A stretch of DNA of 64,000 nucleotides, from the IMG/VR virus record IMGVR_UViG_3300027741_000022, positions 32,001-96,000 of that record; one strand, written 5' to 3'. Both the position numbers and the translations under genes were made by a program. Of the stretch, positions 36,818 through 46,222 are shown one piece after another (within the stretch, counting starts at the first letter, position 1; every line of letters begins with the position of its first letter). The DNA comes from a virus. The notes below the pieces were generated by a model. The model was given only the letters and a program-made list of their open reading frames with translations, had not been told where the DNA came from and ran no database searches.

Positions 36818-38959
36818 ATGAGAAAAGCACTAATTACGGGAATCACGGGTCAAGATGGTTCCTACCTATCAGAACTTCTATTAAATAAAGGGTATGAAGT
36901 TCACGGAGTAATAAGAAGAAGCTCACTAATAAACACCAGTAGAATCAATCACGTATACGATCAATTGAATCTTCATTACGGAGATCTTACTGATTCTACA
37001 AATATCGTAAGGATTATACAAAAAGTTCAGCCAGATGAAATTTATAATCTGGCGGCACAAAGTCATGTGAAAGTATCTTTTGAATTGCCTGAATACACAG
37101 GCGATGTTGATGCTCTTGGAACTTTAAGGGTTTTAGAGGCTGTTAGATTATTGGGACTTGAGAAAAACACAAGAATTTATCAAGCATCTACTTCTGAGCT
37201 TTATGGTCTTGTACAAGAATCTCCTCAAAAAGAAACAACTGCATTTTATCCAAGATCTCCTTATGGTGTTGCAAAATTATATGGTTTTTGGATTGTGAAA
37301 AATTATAGAGAATCTTATGGAATGCACGCCAGTTCTGGTATTTTATATAACCACGAATGTTTTGACTCTAACACTCCATTGATTATTAAAAAAAATAATT
37401 TTATAGATATTGTTTATATAAGAAGTTTAACGCCAGAGAGAAAAAATATTCAAAAAGAAAATAATGTATTAACAAAAGAAATTAATAATTTGCAAGTTTG
37501 GAACGGAGAAAAATTTGTCAAAATTAATTTAGTGACAAGAAGAAAAATTAGCACGTTAGATAAAGAAAATCAAGAAAAAATAAATTTCAACACAAGGTCC
37601 GGAGTGGTTAAAGTTACACCTAATCATAAATTATTATTAAATAATTTTGACAAAATAACCGCCAGAGACGTCCCTTTAAACACAGAGCTTAAACATGGAG
37701 AATTTCCTCCTACTGATTGTTTGACTAATCTTACAATTGAGGAGTCGCAATTATATGGAATGCTTGTTGGTGATGGTAATATTTCTCAAAATAGAATTAG
37801 ATTTACAAATAACGATGAATTGATTCGAGATAAATTTATAAGTTTGTGCAGAAGTGTTTTCGGCAATATTACCCACAAGACACACTCCCACGCACTAGGC
37901 TATGGTGTCACGACACAAGTTGATATTTCTGGGTTGTCTAAAAATAAAGTTGCGTCAATAGCAGAAGAAATTTATGAGAAAAAAACAAAACACAAGAAAG
38001 TTCCTCAAAGAATATTGAATTCATCTATAGAAGTCAAAGAATCATTTTTTGAGGGATATTATGCTTGTGATGGACTAAAGAAAGATAGATGTACCTATAA
38101 ATATAAGTCGCTAAAAAGCAATTCTCCAATTTTATGTCAAGGTTTATTACTAATTGTCTCGCAAATAACAGGACAAAAATATAATATAAATGTTTTTGAG
38201 CAAAACAACAAAGAGTATTATCAAATAAATTTAAGGAATTCAAATAAAATTAATAATAAGGGTAGTCATTTTTTAAAAAATGACTCAGAGCTGAAGAAAA
38301 AATCTTCTTTAAAAAATGAAAATAAAGATTGTTTTGTGTATGATATAGAAACAGAATGTGGTTATTTGAATGCCGGGGTAGGAAAATTGGTTGTGGGTAA
38401 CTCTCCAAGAAGAGGTCAAACATTTGTTACTAAAAAAATAACAGATGCTTTTTACAAGATATCCACCAATCAACAAGATTGTCTTTATCTTGGCAATTTA
38501 AATGCTAAACGTGATTGGGGTCACGCAAAAGATTTTGTGGAGGCTATGTGGCTTATTCTTCAACAATATGAGCCTGATGATTACATAATAGCTACTGGCG
38601 AACAACACTCAGTCAGAGAATTTGTCGAGAAATCTGCTGCTTATTTTAATATGAAAATAGAGTGGCAAGGTGAAGAGTTAAATGAAATTGGAATTGACGT
38701 AAACTCTGGAAGAACTGTTGTTAAAGTTGACGCCAGATACTTTAGACCAGCAGAGGTTGAGTCTTTGCTTGGTGATGCAACAAAAGCAAGAGAAAAATTA
38801 GGATGGGTTCCTAAAACTTCTTTTGAACAACTTGTTGAAGATATGTGCGTGAATCAATTGGAGCAAAAAAATGAACAAAACAAGCAGAATATTTGTGACC
38901 GGACACAAGGGATTGGTTGGCTCGGCAATATTAAGAAATTTACAAAAAAATGGATATAG
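36818..38959 (+). CDS. gmd: GDP-mannose 4,6-dehydratase containing an intein
   Basis: GITGQDGSYL, NLAAQSHVKVSF, QASTSELYG, PRSPYGVAK, GILYNHE|intein|SPRRGQTFVT, RDWGHAKD, FRPAEVESLLGD. Confidence 0.95.
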   Translation: MRKALITGITGQDGSYLSELLLNKGYEVHGVIRRSSLINTSRINHVYDQLNLHYGDLTDSTNIVRIIQKVQPDEIYNLAAQSHVKVSFELPEYTGDVDALGTLRVLEAVRLLGLEKNTRIYQASTSELYGLVQESPQKETTAFYPRSPYGVAKLYGFWIVKNYRESYGMHASSGILYNHECFDSNTPLIIKKNNFIDIVYIRSLTPERKNIQKENNVLTKEINNLQVWNGEKFVKINLVTRRKISTLDKENQEKINFNTRSGVVKVTPNHKLLLNNFDKITARDVPLNTELKHGEFPPTDCLTNLTIEESQLYGMLVGDGNISQNRIRFTNNDELIRDKFISLCRSVFGNITHKTHSHALGYGVTTQVDISGLSKNKVASIAEEIYEKKTKHKKVPQRILNSSIEVKESFFEGYYACDGLKKDRCTYKYKSLKSNSPILCQGLLLIVSQITGQKYNINVFEQNNKEYYQINLRNSNKINNKGSHFLKNDSELKKKSSLKNENKDCFVYDIETECGYLNAGVGKLVVGNSPRRGQTFVTKKITDAFYKISTNQQDCLYLGNLNAKRDWGHAKDFVEAMWLILQQYEPDDYIIATGEQHSVREFVEKSAAYFNMKIEWQGEELNEIGIDVNSGRTVVKVDARYFRPAEVESLLGDATKAREKLGWVPKTSFEQLVEDMCVNQLEQKNEQNKQNICDRTQGIGWLGNIKKFTKKWI
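37358..38401 (+). mobile_element. Intein with LAGLIDADG endonuclease (348 aa)
   Basis: C1 CFDSNTP; block B VTPNHKL; LAGLIDADG motifs YGMLVGDG and FEGYYACDG; end VYDIETE...VVGN|S. Confidence 0.9.
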
Positions 38960-39797
38960 CAATATACTTACAGTTGATAAAAAAGATCTTGATTTAACTG
39001 ACTCATCTGCAGTAGATAAATACTTTTCAGATAATTACATTGAGTATGTTTTTAATGCCGCTGCTAAAGTTGGTGGCATAAAAGCCAATAATACACAACC
39101 TGCAGATTTTATAACACAAAACATAAGAATACAAACTAATCTTATTGAATCTTCAAATAGACACGGTGTTAAAAAATTCTTGTTTCTCGGCAGCTCTTGC
39201 ATATACCCAAAATTTGCAAAACAACCAATAACAGAAGATCAATTGTTAGCTGGGTGTCTTGAGCCTACAAACGAAGCTTATGCTATCGCAAAAATCTGTG
39301 GAATTAAAATGTGTCAGGCATACAGTCAGCAATATGGATTCAATGCTATTTCCTTAATGCCAACAAACCTGTACGGTCCAGGAGATAATTATGATCCTAA
39401 AAACAGTCATGTATTGCCTGCTATGATCAGAAGGTTTCATGAAGCCAAAATTAATAATGTTTCTGAAGTGGTTTGTTGGGGTGATGGCTCACCAAAAAGA
39501 GAGTTTTTATATGTAGATGATCTGGCGTATGCTTGTTTGTTGTGTATGTTGAATTACGAAAGCGATGAAATTATAAATGTGGGAACAGGCACTGATATAA
39601 CCATAAAAGAGCTCGCTGGGATTGTTGCAAATGTTGTTGGTTATGAAGGAAGTATTGTTTGGGATGATGTTGCTGCAATCAACGGCACACCCAGAAAAGT
39701 TTTAAATATCGATAAGATAAAATCTCTTGGATGGGAAGCTAAAGTGGATTTACCCACGGGCATATCCGAGGCATACTCAAGTTTCTTGGCAAAGTAG
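38871..39797 (+). CDS. fcl: GDP-L-fucose synthase
   Basis: GHKGLVGSA, AAAKVGGI, FLGSSCIYPK, LEPTNEAYAIAK, MPTNLYG, SHVLPA, REFLYVDD, GTPRK. Confidence 0.95.
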   Translation: MNKTSRIFVTGHKGLVGSAILRNLQKNGYSNILTVDKKDLDLTDSSAVDKYFSDNYIEYVFNAAAKVGGIKANNTQPADFITQNIRIQTNLIESSNRHGVKKFLFLGSSCIYPKFAKQPITEDQLLAGCLEPTNEAYAIAKICGIKMCQAYSQQYGFNAISLMPTNLYGPGDNYDPKNSHVLPAMIRRFHEAKINNVSEVVCWGDGSPKREFLYVDDLAYACLLCMLNYESDEIINVGTGTDITIKELAGIVANVVGYEGSIVWDDVAAINGTPRKVLNIDKIKSLGWEAKVDLPTGISEAYSSFLAK

Positions 39798-39814
39798 TTT
39801 CCTCCCGGTACGCT
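39797..39814 (+). promoter_or_regulatory. Dispersed 18-bp motif, copy 11
   Basis: GTTTCCTCCCGGTACGCT overlapping the fcl TAG; followed by an 11-bp hairpin at 39814-39843. Confidence 0.8.
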
Positions 39815-39848
39815 CTCTTGTTGGCAGAAACACCAACAAGAGAAATAT

Positions 39849-40478
39849 ATGTACGATTCTTTTAAGTATCTTTATCCCCCGCGACCGGAAAACGCTTTAA
39901 CTCCCGATAGAATTTCATACTATGAAAAGCATGGATTTGTCGGTCAATACAAAAAGAACGGGACTTGTAGCATTTTTGCAATAAATCATCCTGCTGATTT
40001 TATTGCAATGACAAGACATAACGATAATCATAAGCAATGGGCATTTTCAGAGTATTTCCACGGTTGTTTTACCAAGTATCTTCCCGCGAATAAGTGGCAC
40101 GTTCTTGTTGGTGAAGTTCTTCATTCAAAGACAGTAAACATCAAAGACACAGTTTATATTTTCGATATTCTTGTGTATAATTCCGAAGAGCTTTATGGCT
40201 CAAAGTTTATGGATCGCCAAAATCTTCTTAAAGAGATATTCCAGGCAGATCATAAGCAGCAGATGTATTCTCATTATGAGGTCGAGCCAAGGTTTCTATT
40301 AGCTAGAAATTTTGAAGGTGGTATGTATGATATGTTTAAGAATATCGAGGACAAAACAGTAGACGAGGGTTTTGTTCTTAAAAAGAAGGACGCAATTCTT
40401 AAGGACTGCTACTCCCCCAGCAATAACAGTTCATGGCAGATTAAGTTTCGACACCCTTCTAAGAAATATCAGTTTTAA
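39849..40478 (+). CDS. Stand-alone ATP-dependent ligase/nucleotidyltransferase domain
   Basis: Motif I QYKKNG, VGE, IFDIL, R..LL, DEGFVLK, W.IK.R; no OB domain. Confidence 0.65.
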   Translation: MYDSFKYLYPPRPENALTPDRISYYEKHGFVGQYKKNGTCSIFAINHPADFIAMTRHNDNHKQWAFSEYFHGCFTKYLPANKWHVLVGEVLHSKTVNIKDTVYIFDILVYNSEELYGSKFMDRQNLLKEIFQADHKQQMYSHYEVEPRFLLARNFEGGMYDMFKNIEDKTVDEGFVLKKKDAILKDCYSPSNNSSWQIKFRHPSKKYQF

Positions 40479-40858
40479 TGGATAATCTTGATAAACTTAT
40501 AGATGACCTAAGAGATCTCTTGTCCAGGAAATATATCGAACAATATTATTTAATTACGTCGAATTTGTCAGTTCGAGTAAAAGATCTTGATGTTTTGCAA
40601 AATTGGATTTGTTTTCTTAAAAAAAATAATATAGATTCACTTCAGCCGCCAGAAATTTGGAGTAAATGTTTGACTACTGAGGAAGTCTTGGTGAATTTAA
40701 TCAATAAAGATCAACACAAGATTAAAAATAAAATAATTTTCAAGATGCAAGATGCAAACCTTCAACAGTTTTTTCGATCAGTTCATAATAACAAATATTT
40801 TTTAACCACAAGAGAAAATGCTCAAAAATTAGTTGTTCTTGGATCTTTTGAAAATTAA
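40478..40858 (+). CDS. Hypothetical protein
   Basis: TAATG coupling. Confidence 0.6.
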   Translation: MDNLDKLIDDLRDLLSRKYIEQYYLITSNLSVRVKDLDVLQNWICFLKKNNIDSLQPPEIWSKCLTTEEVLVNLINKDQHKIKNKIIFKMQDANLQQFFRSVHNNKYFLTTRENAQKLVVLGSFEN

Positions 40859-40866
40859 GGGATTTA

Positions 40867-41445
40867 ATGTTATATACTAAGTTTAAAATTAGCGATCATG
40901 CTGCCGAGAGGTTTCGTGAAAGATTTGATCATATTAAGTTGTCGATAGACACTCTGCTGCAAAATTCTATTTATTTTGGTGGACAAAAAGGATCCGACTA
41001 CCTACTTATTAACAAAGAGCATGAAATCGTTTTTCCTGTATCCTGTGACCACATAATCAAATCGGTTCTCACGCTCCAGCAAGCTAAATCAAATCTTTCA
41101 CTTATTAACAAAACAATACTATTCGAATTAGAGAAGAGTAAGTGTGAAGAACTACGAAAAAACGCCGAAGATGAAATTGTCAGTAAATTAAAAATTTTGG
41201 CAAGAGAATATCTTTCTCTTAGACCAGAAGAGCACAGAAATTGTCCTGGAGTTCAAGAGACAAAGTGTTTGATAAAGAAAATTAAAAAGACATTATCTTT
41301 GCCCTCTGCACAGATCGACAAAATTTTTATAGGTGAAATAATAAGAATCGTGCAAGAGTCAGATTGGTCTTGTTTGAATCCTGATAGTAACTGGTCTAGC
41401 ACCGAGGAATTGTTATCTAATTTTAAGTTAGATCCAAAAGCTTAA
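40867..41445 (+). CDS. Hypothetical protein
   Basis: N-terminal ISDHAAERFRERF motif. Confidence 0.55.
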   Translation: MLYTKFKISDHAAERFRERFDHIKLSIDTLLQNSIYFGGQKGSDYLLINKEHEIVFPVSCDHIIKSVLTLQQAKSNLSLINKTILFELEKSKCEELRKNAEDEIVSKLKILAREYLSLRPEEHRNCPGVQETKCLIKKIKKTLSLPSAQIDKIFIGEIIRIVQESDWSCLNPDSNWSSTEELLSNFKLDPKA

Positions 41446-42027
41446 TGGACACCAAATTCTATTTGATAAACCGCATTTTCTCAATCCAATATTCACCCAG
41501 TTATTGCAGTTTGTTACACAGCTATATTTTAGATTTGACTCGTAAAAGTCCCCAATCTGATAGTGCCAATCTTCTTTTTTTATTTTTTGTTTATTGTATG
41601 AATTTGTTATATGTTTCTTTAATGCGTTGAATTGTTTTTTGTTTGCAGTGAATTTTTTCAATCTTTTTTCTTTGGGAATTTCATCTAAAAAGTCTACTCT
41701 CAATACGGTTTTGTTTAATCCAAAGAAAGCTTTTACAAAATTTTCAATTTTTAGATCTGCCCACTTTTGTGTCTCTAAGAATATTGATCTGTCGCCCCAA
41801 CCTATTGAAACATATTTCTTATCAGTCTTAAATATATTTGTCCAATCTTTTGATTCAAAAACATAGTCAGAATGAATAGCATCTTTTATCACAAAAATCT
41901 TTTTTCTGCCTTTCAATTTCTCAATTTTTCCACTTTTAAATAGCGGCAAAAGCAAGCAACAAATCAAATAAATTAAGAATATTGGGAAAAAAACTAAAAA
42001 TACGGTAAAATAAAACAATTTCTTCAT
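41428..42027 (-). CDS. DUF2459 (TIGR02117-like) protein
   Basis: HSD, SIGWGDR.IFL.T..W.DL, Y.C...CNNWVN..L. Confidence 0.75.
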   Translation of the reverse strand: MKKLFYFTVFLVFFPIFLIYLICCLLLPLFKSGKIEKLKGRKKIFVIKDAIHSDYVFESKDWTNIFKTDKKYVSIGWGDRSIFLETQKWADLKIENFVKAFFGLNKTVLRVDFLDEIPKEKRLKKFTANKKQFNALKKHITNSYNKQKIKKEDWHYQIGDFYESNLKYSCVTNCNNWVNIGLRKCGLSNRIWCPLSFWI

Positions 42028-42128
42028 GCATTAGCTATCCATTTTATTTTAATTTTTAAATAAAAGAATTATATATACTTATAGAAGAAATTGTTTCTTC
42101 TATTGTCTTAATTTTTAAGGAGAAAAAT

Positions 42129-42347
42129 ATGGCTAGCTATGCAGTTAAATTAACTCCCGATGTTGTAAACCTCGGGACAGAAGGTTCTTTAGACGTTACC
42201 GTCAATGGCGTAAGCATCCAAAGAACAATGGACATGGTTCTTGTTAAGAACAGCGGTTACAAAATGGTCAGCAGACTAAAAGATGGCGATACATTTGATG
42301 ACGTTGTTTCTGATCTTGGCATGTACGCAAACGTTGTTGAACTCTGA
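42129..42347 (+). CDS. Small hypothetical protein
   Basis: SD AAGGAG; followed by a terminator. Confidence 0.65.
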   Translation: MASYAVKLTPDVVNLGTEGSLDVTVNGVSIQRTMDMVLVKNSGYKMVSRLKDGDTFDDVVSDLGMYANVVEL

Positions 42348-42375
42348 TCTATTTTTTCATAAAATGGTCTAAATT

Positions 42376-42412
42376 GGACGCTCTGGTTGAAAAACTTGGG
42401 CGTCTTTTTATT
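42376..42412 (+). terminator. Rho-independent terminator
   Basis: GGACGCTC/GGGCGTCT stem plus a T-tract. Confidence 0.55.
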
Positions 42413-42426
42413 TTTTAGGTGAGAAA

Positions 42427-43179
42427 GTGATTTACAAAAACCGATCCCAGGCAGTCAAAGAAACTGGAATTTCTTATTTAGGATCTGTGAATCTTACTGC
42501 AAAGCACATAAAAGCCTATAAGTATAACGAGCTTACATATTCGCTTTATTTAGCTCCAGCAGACATATCTGGATATGAAGTTTGTCCTCTCAGAACAAAA
42601 GATTGCACAAGAGCTTGTTTGCATGAATCTGGGTTAAACAAAATAGATGTTAAGGCAAACAAGATAAATAAATCCAGGATTGCCAAGACTAAATTGTTTT
42701 TCGAAAACAGAGATTTCTTTATGCGTTGGATGATTGATGAAATCCAATCCGCAAGAGAAAAAGCCACTAGACAGAACCAAAGGTTTTCGGTTAGACTCAA
42801 CAACACTAGCGATATATCGCCGGAGCAGTTTGCCTTGGGTGGCAAAAATATATTAGAAATTTTTAATGAAAATCAATTTTATGACTACACGAAGCTATAC
42901 AGAAGAATAGATCTTGCTAAAAAGTATCCCAATTACGATATAACCTTTAGTTATAGCGGTGAAAATAAAGAAGATTGTTTAAATGCCTTGAATATAGATG
43001 ATACTCGGGTTGCAGTTGTTTTTAAGGATGTTTTGCCCGAAAAATTTTGGGATTTTGATGTTGTGAATGGCGATGAATATGACATGAGATATTATGATCC
43101 CAAGAATGTTGTGATTGGATTAAAGTTTAAAGACGTAAGAAACGAAATAGATTTCGAAAACACTTCTTTCATAAACTAA
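42427..43179 (+). CDS. GP88-family protein
   Basis: LYLAPAD..G..VCP.....C...CL...G, RLNNTSDI, FYDYTK, TFSYS, GD..D.R..DP...V.GLK.K. Confidence 0.8.
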   Translation: MIYKNRSQAVKETGISYLGSVNLTAKHIKAYKYNELTYSLYLAPADISGYEVCPLRTKDCTRACLHESGLNKIDVKANKINKSRIAKTKLFFENRDFFMRWMIDEIQSAREKATRQNQRFSVRLNNTSDISPEQFALGGKNILEIFNENQFYDYTKLYRRIDLAKKYPNYDITFSYSGENKEDCLNALNIDDTRVAVVFKDVLPEKFWDFDVVNGDEYDMRYYDPKNVVIGLKFKDVRNEIDFENTSFIN

Positions 43180-43180
43180 T

Positions 43181-43741
43181 ATGCCAAAAACAGATCTGGT
43201 TCGTGGAAAGTCTGCAAAACAGTGGGCAGAGGAATTGAATCTTTCTGTCCCTCGTATATACCAGCTCAAAAGAAAAAATCAGCTTGAAGCTAAAATAGAT
43301 GGCTTTTGGCAACCTACGATTAAACAGTATCCAAAATATTTTGGGCATTCTTCAAAAGAATGGGCTAAGAAGCTCAATACTTCAAGATCGAAGATAATGG
43401 AGCTGATTCGTAGTGGCGAATTTGAAAAAGTAATTAAAACTGGTGTTTTTCCAAAGAAAAAAGTTGGGCGGTTAATTGACGGTAAAAATCTTAGCCAATG
43501 GGCTAAAGAACTTGGCATAACAAGAGAAAGAGCCAGACAACTCGCAAACAAAAACAAACTTGTTGGAAGAAAAACAAATGTGAATCAATATGAAGAATAT
43601 AGAAAAAGGAAGCAACAAGAAATAAGCCAAGAAAATAAATTAATTCTCGAAGTCTATAAAAGCCTCAAATTATCAAAAGAAGAATTAGCAATAAAATTAA
43701 ATACAACAATATACAAAATTGATAGAGCGCTAGAGTCCTAG
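43181..43741 (+). CDS. Multi-HTH DNA-binding protein
   Basis: Three repeats: GKSAKQWAEELNLS, GHSSKEWAKKLNTS, GKNLSQWAKELGIT. Confidence 0.65.
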   Translation: MPKTDLVRGKSAKQWAEELNLSVPRIYQLKRKNQLEAKIDGFWQPTIKQYPKYFGHSSKEWAKKLNTSRSKIMELIRSGEFEKVIKTGVFPKKKVGRLIDGKNLSQWAKELGITRERARQLANKNKLVGRKTNVNQYEEYRKRKQQEISQENKLILEVYKSLKLSKEELAIKLNTTIYKIDRALES

Positions 43742-43759
43742 GTTTCCTCCCGGTACGCT
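43742..43759 (+). promoter_or_regulatory. Dispersed 18-bp motif, copy 12
   Basis: GTTTCCTCCCGGTACGCT directly after a TAG stop. Confidence 0.8.
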
Positions 43760-43811
43760 TTGCTGTTGTAGGAGTCGGGAACCACAATACACTTTTTTAG
43801 GAGTCGATAAT

Positions 43812-44870
43812 ATGTCCGAAAGCCTCATGATTGACCGGAATCTTATTACTGGAAGTCTTGCCGACACGATCAGGCGTAACCGTAAGGATGAACGCCCAGC
43901 CCTTATTTTTGGTCCTCCAGGTGTAGGTAAGAGCGAGCAAGTTAGGCAGGCTGGCGAAGAAGCGGACACTGTAATTGATCTTAGGCTTAACAGCTTGGAT
44001 TCAATTGATCTTCGTGGTCTGCCAACAATTCAAAAAGATGAGAATGGCAATCCAACTAAGGTTGTGTGGATTCGTCCTGAGTTTATTCCTTGGGATGGTA
44101 GGGGCATTCTTTTCCTCGATGAAATCAATACTGCTGCTCCAAGTGTTCAAAATCCGGCTTTACAGTTGGTTTTGGATCGCCGTATTGGATCGCATGAGTT
44201 GGGTAAGGATTGGTATATTTGTGCCGCCGGCAATCGTGCAGAAGATAAGGCGCACGTTTACCCTCTTAGCGGAGCTTTGATCGACAGGTTTGCTGTTTAT
44301 GATTATTTGCCCGATTATATGACTTGGAGTGATTGGGCGATGAAGAGTGGCATTCACGATACCGTGATCGGTTTTATTTCCTTTAGGAAAGAGCTTTTGC
44401 TCCAGCCAAGAGTTGATGAATATACTCCAAGCACCAATCCAAGAAGCTGGTCTTATGTGAGCAAGAAGCTTCACAATAAACACACAAGCCTGCAGGATAT
44501 TAGAGCTTGTGTTGGAGCGGCTGCAAGTGAGTTTCTCGCATATCTAGATGTTTATAAGAATCTTCCAGATATGGATAAGCTGATTAGCGGTAAGTCTAAG
44601 TGGAAGGAAGACAAGTCTAAGATCAGTGTTAGTTATGCAATTAGCACAAGTCTTGCAACCCATCTTCTTGGCAACAAGACTCCAGAAAAGATTCTCGATA
44701 ATTGTATGAATGTTGTTCTTGAGATGAGTCCAGAACCCGCAGCACTTTTTGTTAGACGGGCAATGAATTCTACGTCTAAGATTAAGTCTCTCATGTATTC
44801 AAGCAATGTTGTTGAAAAGTGGCTTGAGAAAAACCGAGAGCTTATTTCTGCATCTGTTGATCTTGTCTAA
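43812..44870 (+). CDS. MoxR-like AAA+ ATPase
   Basis: GPPGVGKS, D.RGLP, LFLDEIN.A, AAGN, ALIDRF, PRSW. Confidence 0.85.
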   Translation: MSESLMIDRNLITGSLADTIRRNRKDERPALIFGPPGVGKSEQVRQAGEEADTVIDLRLNSLDSIDLRGLPTIQKDENGNPTKVVWIRPEFIPWDGRGILFLDEINTAAPSVQNPALQLVLDRRIGSHELGKDWYICAAGNRAEDKAHVYPLSGALIDRFAVYDYLPDYMTWSDWAMKSGIHDTVIGFISFRKELLLQPRVDEYTPSTNPRSWSYVSKKLHNKHTSLQDIRACVGAAASEFLAYLDVYKNLPDMDKLISGKSKWKEDKSKISVSYAISTSLATHLLGNKTPEKILDNCMNVVLEMSPEPAALFVRRAMNSTSKIKSLMYSSNVVEKWLEKNRELISASVDLV

Positions 44871-44889
44871 TAGAAAGAGAACGTGATAT

Positions 44890-46218
44890 ATGCCCACAAA
44901 GACAAAAGTTAAACAAAATCTTGAAATTTCTCAAGAAGAAGAAAATGGATTTCGTAATAGACTAGATGTTGTGTTGTTTGGTTTTGCTCATTGGTTTCCT
45001 TTTTGGGGAATCTTGAGTGAAAGGTGCCGGTATAGTTTGACAAAGAACAACCTTCTTTGTCCAACTGCTTGTGTTGATAAAAATGGTCATATCATTTTCA
45101 ACCTTGAGTTTGTTGCCACATTGAGCAACGAGCAATTTCTTTTCTTGGTTGCTCATGAAATTTGTCATTTTGTTTTTGAACACGCACCCAGAATGGGAGG
45201 TAGAGATTCTTTATTGTGGAATATAGCGGCAGATTATGCTATTAATCTGATGCTTCACTATCAATTCAACAACATGAAATATATCATCAAGGATATTATT
45301 TTTGATGATTCTTGGAAAAGTGGGGGAGAATGTAAATATGATGGATTGACCGTAGAAGCTATTTATGAAGATCTCAAGAAGGATAAAGACAATAAGTATG
45401 TCAAGGCTATGGGGTCTGGCAATTCTCCCAAGGATATTATTGTTTATGTTTTCGATGAGAACGAAAATGAGCCTGGAGACGGCAAGCCTTCTGAAGGTGA
45501 TATAAAGTATGTCAATATTAGAGATCGGCGTGTTCCACTTCCAAACAAAAAGGGTAAATCTCCCGAGCAAATTTCTCAGGAAATGAAGGATCATGTTCGC
45601 AAAGCAATTACCGAGGCTTTTACTATTTCAAAAAGTCAAGGAAATATGCCTGCTAATTTTGAGCGAGCTATCCATAAACTCTTAAAGCCAAAGATTGATT
45701 GGATTTCTGCCTTAAGGCAGCGATTGAGGCATGGCGTAAGCAGAATGGAAAAAAGAGACACTACTTGGATGATTCCTAATCGTAGGTTTCTTGGCGGAGA
45801 TTTTGTTTTTCCAAGTAATGTTGGTCCCGAAAGCCCAAAGATTTGCTATGCTATTGACACAAGCGGCAGCATGAGTCAAGAAGATATTACCAAAGCTATT
45901 TCTGAGCTTGAGGAAATTCGAAAGAGGTTTAACGCAAAGGTTTATTTTCTTGATTGTGACGCAAATGTTTATTCAAGCAAGTGGATTGGTCCGAATGAGC
46001 CACTGCCTAAATTAGCTGGTGGTGGTGGAACTGACTTTAGACCTGTGTTTGAACACTTAAACGACAAGAAAATCAATCCAGATTACTGTATATTCTTCAC
46101 TGATGGATATGGTGAATTTGGAGAAAACCAAAAGCATCTAAATGTTCTTTGGATAATGACAAGCGATGTTGTTCCTCCGTTTGGAGACGTTATTCGTTAT
46201 AATGTAATGCAGGAGTAG
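44890..46218 (+). CDS. Metallopeptidase-like plus VWA domain protein (DUF2201-type)
   Basis: AHEICH (HExxH), WNIAADYAIN, MIDAS IDTSGSMS, GGGGTDFRPVF, FTDGY. Confidence 0.85.
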   Translation: MPTKTKVKQNLEISQEEENGFRNRLDVVLFGFAHWFPFWGILSERCRYSLTKNNLLCPTACVDKNGHIIFNLEFVATLSNEQFLFLVAHEICHFVFEHAPRMGGRDSLLWNIAADYAINLMLHYQFNNMKYIIKDIIFDDSWKSGGECKYDGLTVEAIYEDLKKDKDNKYVKAMGSGNSPKDIIVYVFDENENEPGDGKPSEGDIKYVNIRDRRVPLPNKKGKSPEQISQEMKDHVRKAITEAFTISKSQGNMPANFERAIHKLLKPKIDWISALRQRLRHGVSRMEKRDTTWMIPNRRFLGGDFVFPSNVGPESPKICYAIDTSGSMSQEDITKAISELEEIRKRFNAKVYFLDCDANVYSSKWIGPNEPLPKLAGGGGTDFRPVFEHLNDKKINPDYCIFFTDGYGEFGENQKHLNVLWIMTSDVVPPFGDVIRYNVMQE

Positions 46219-46222
46219 TGTT

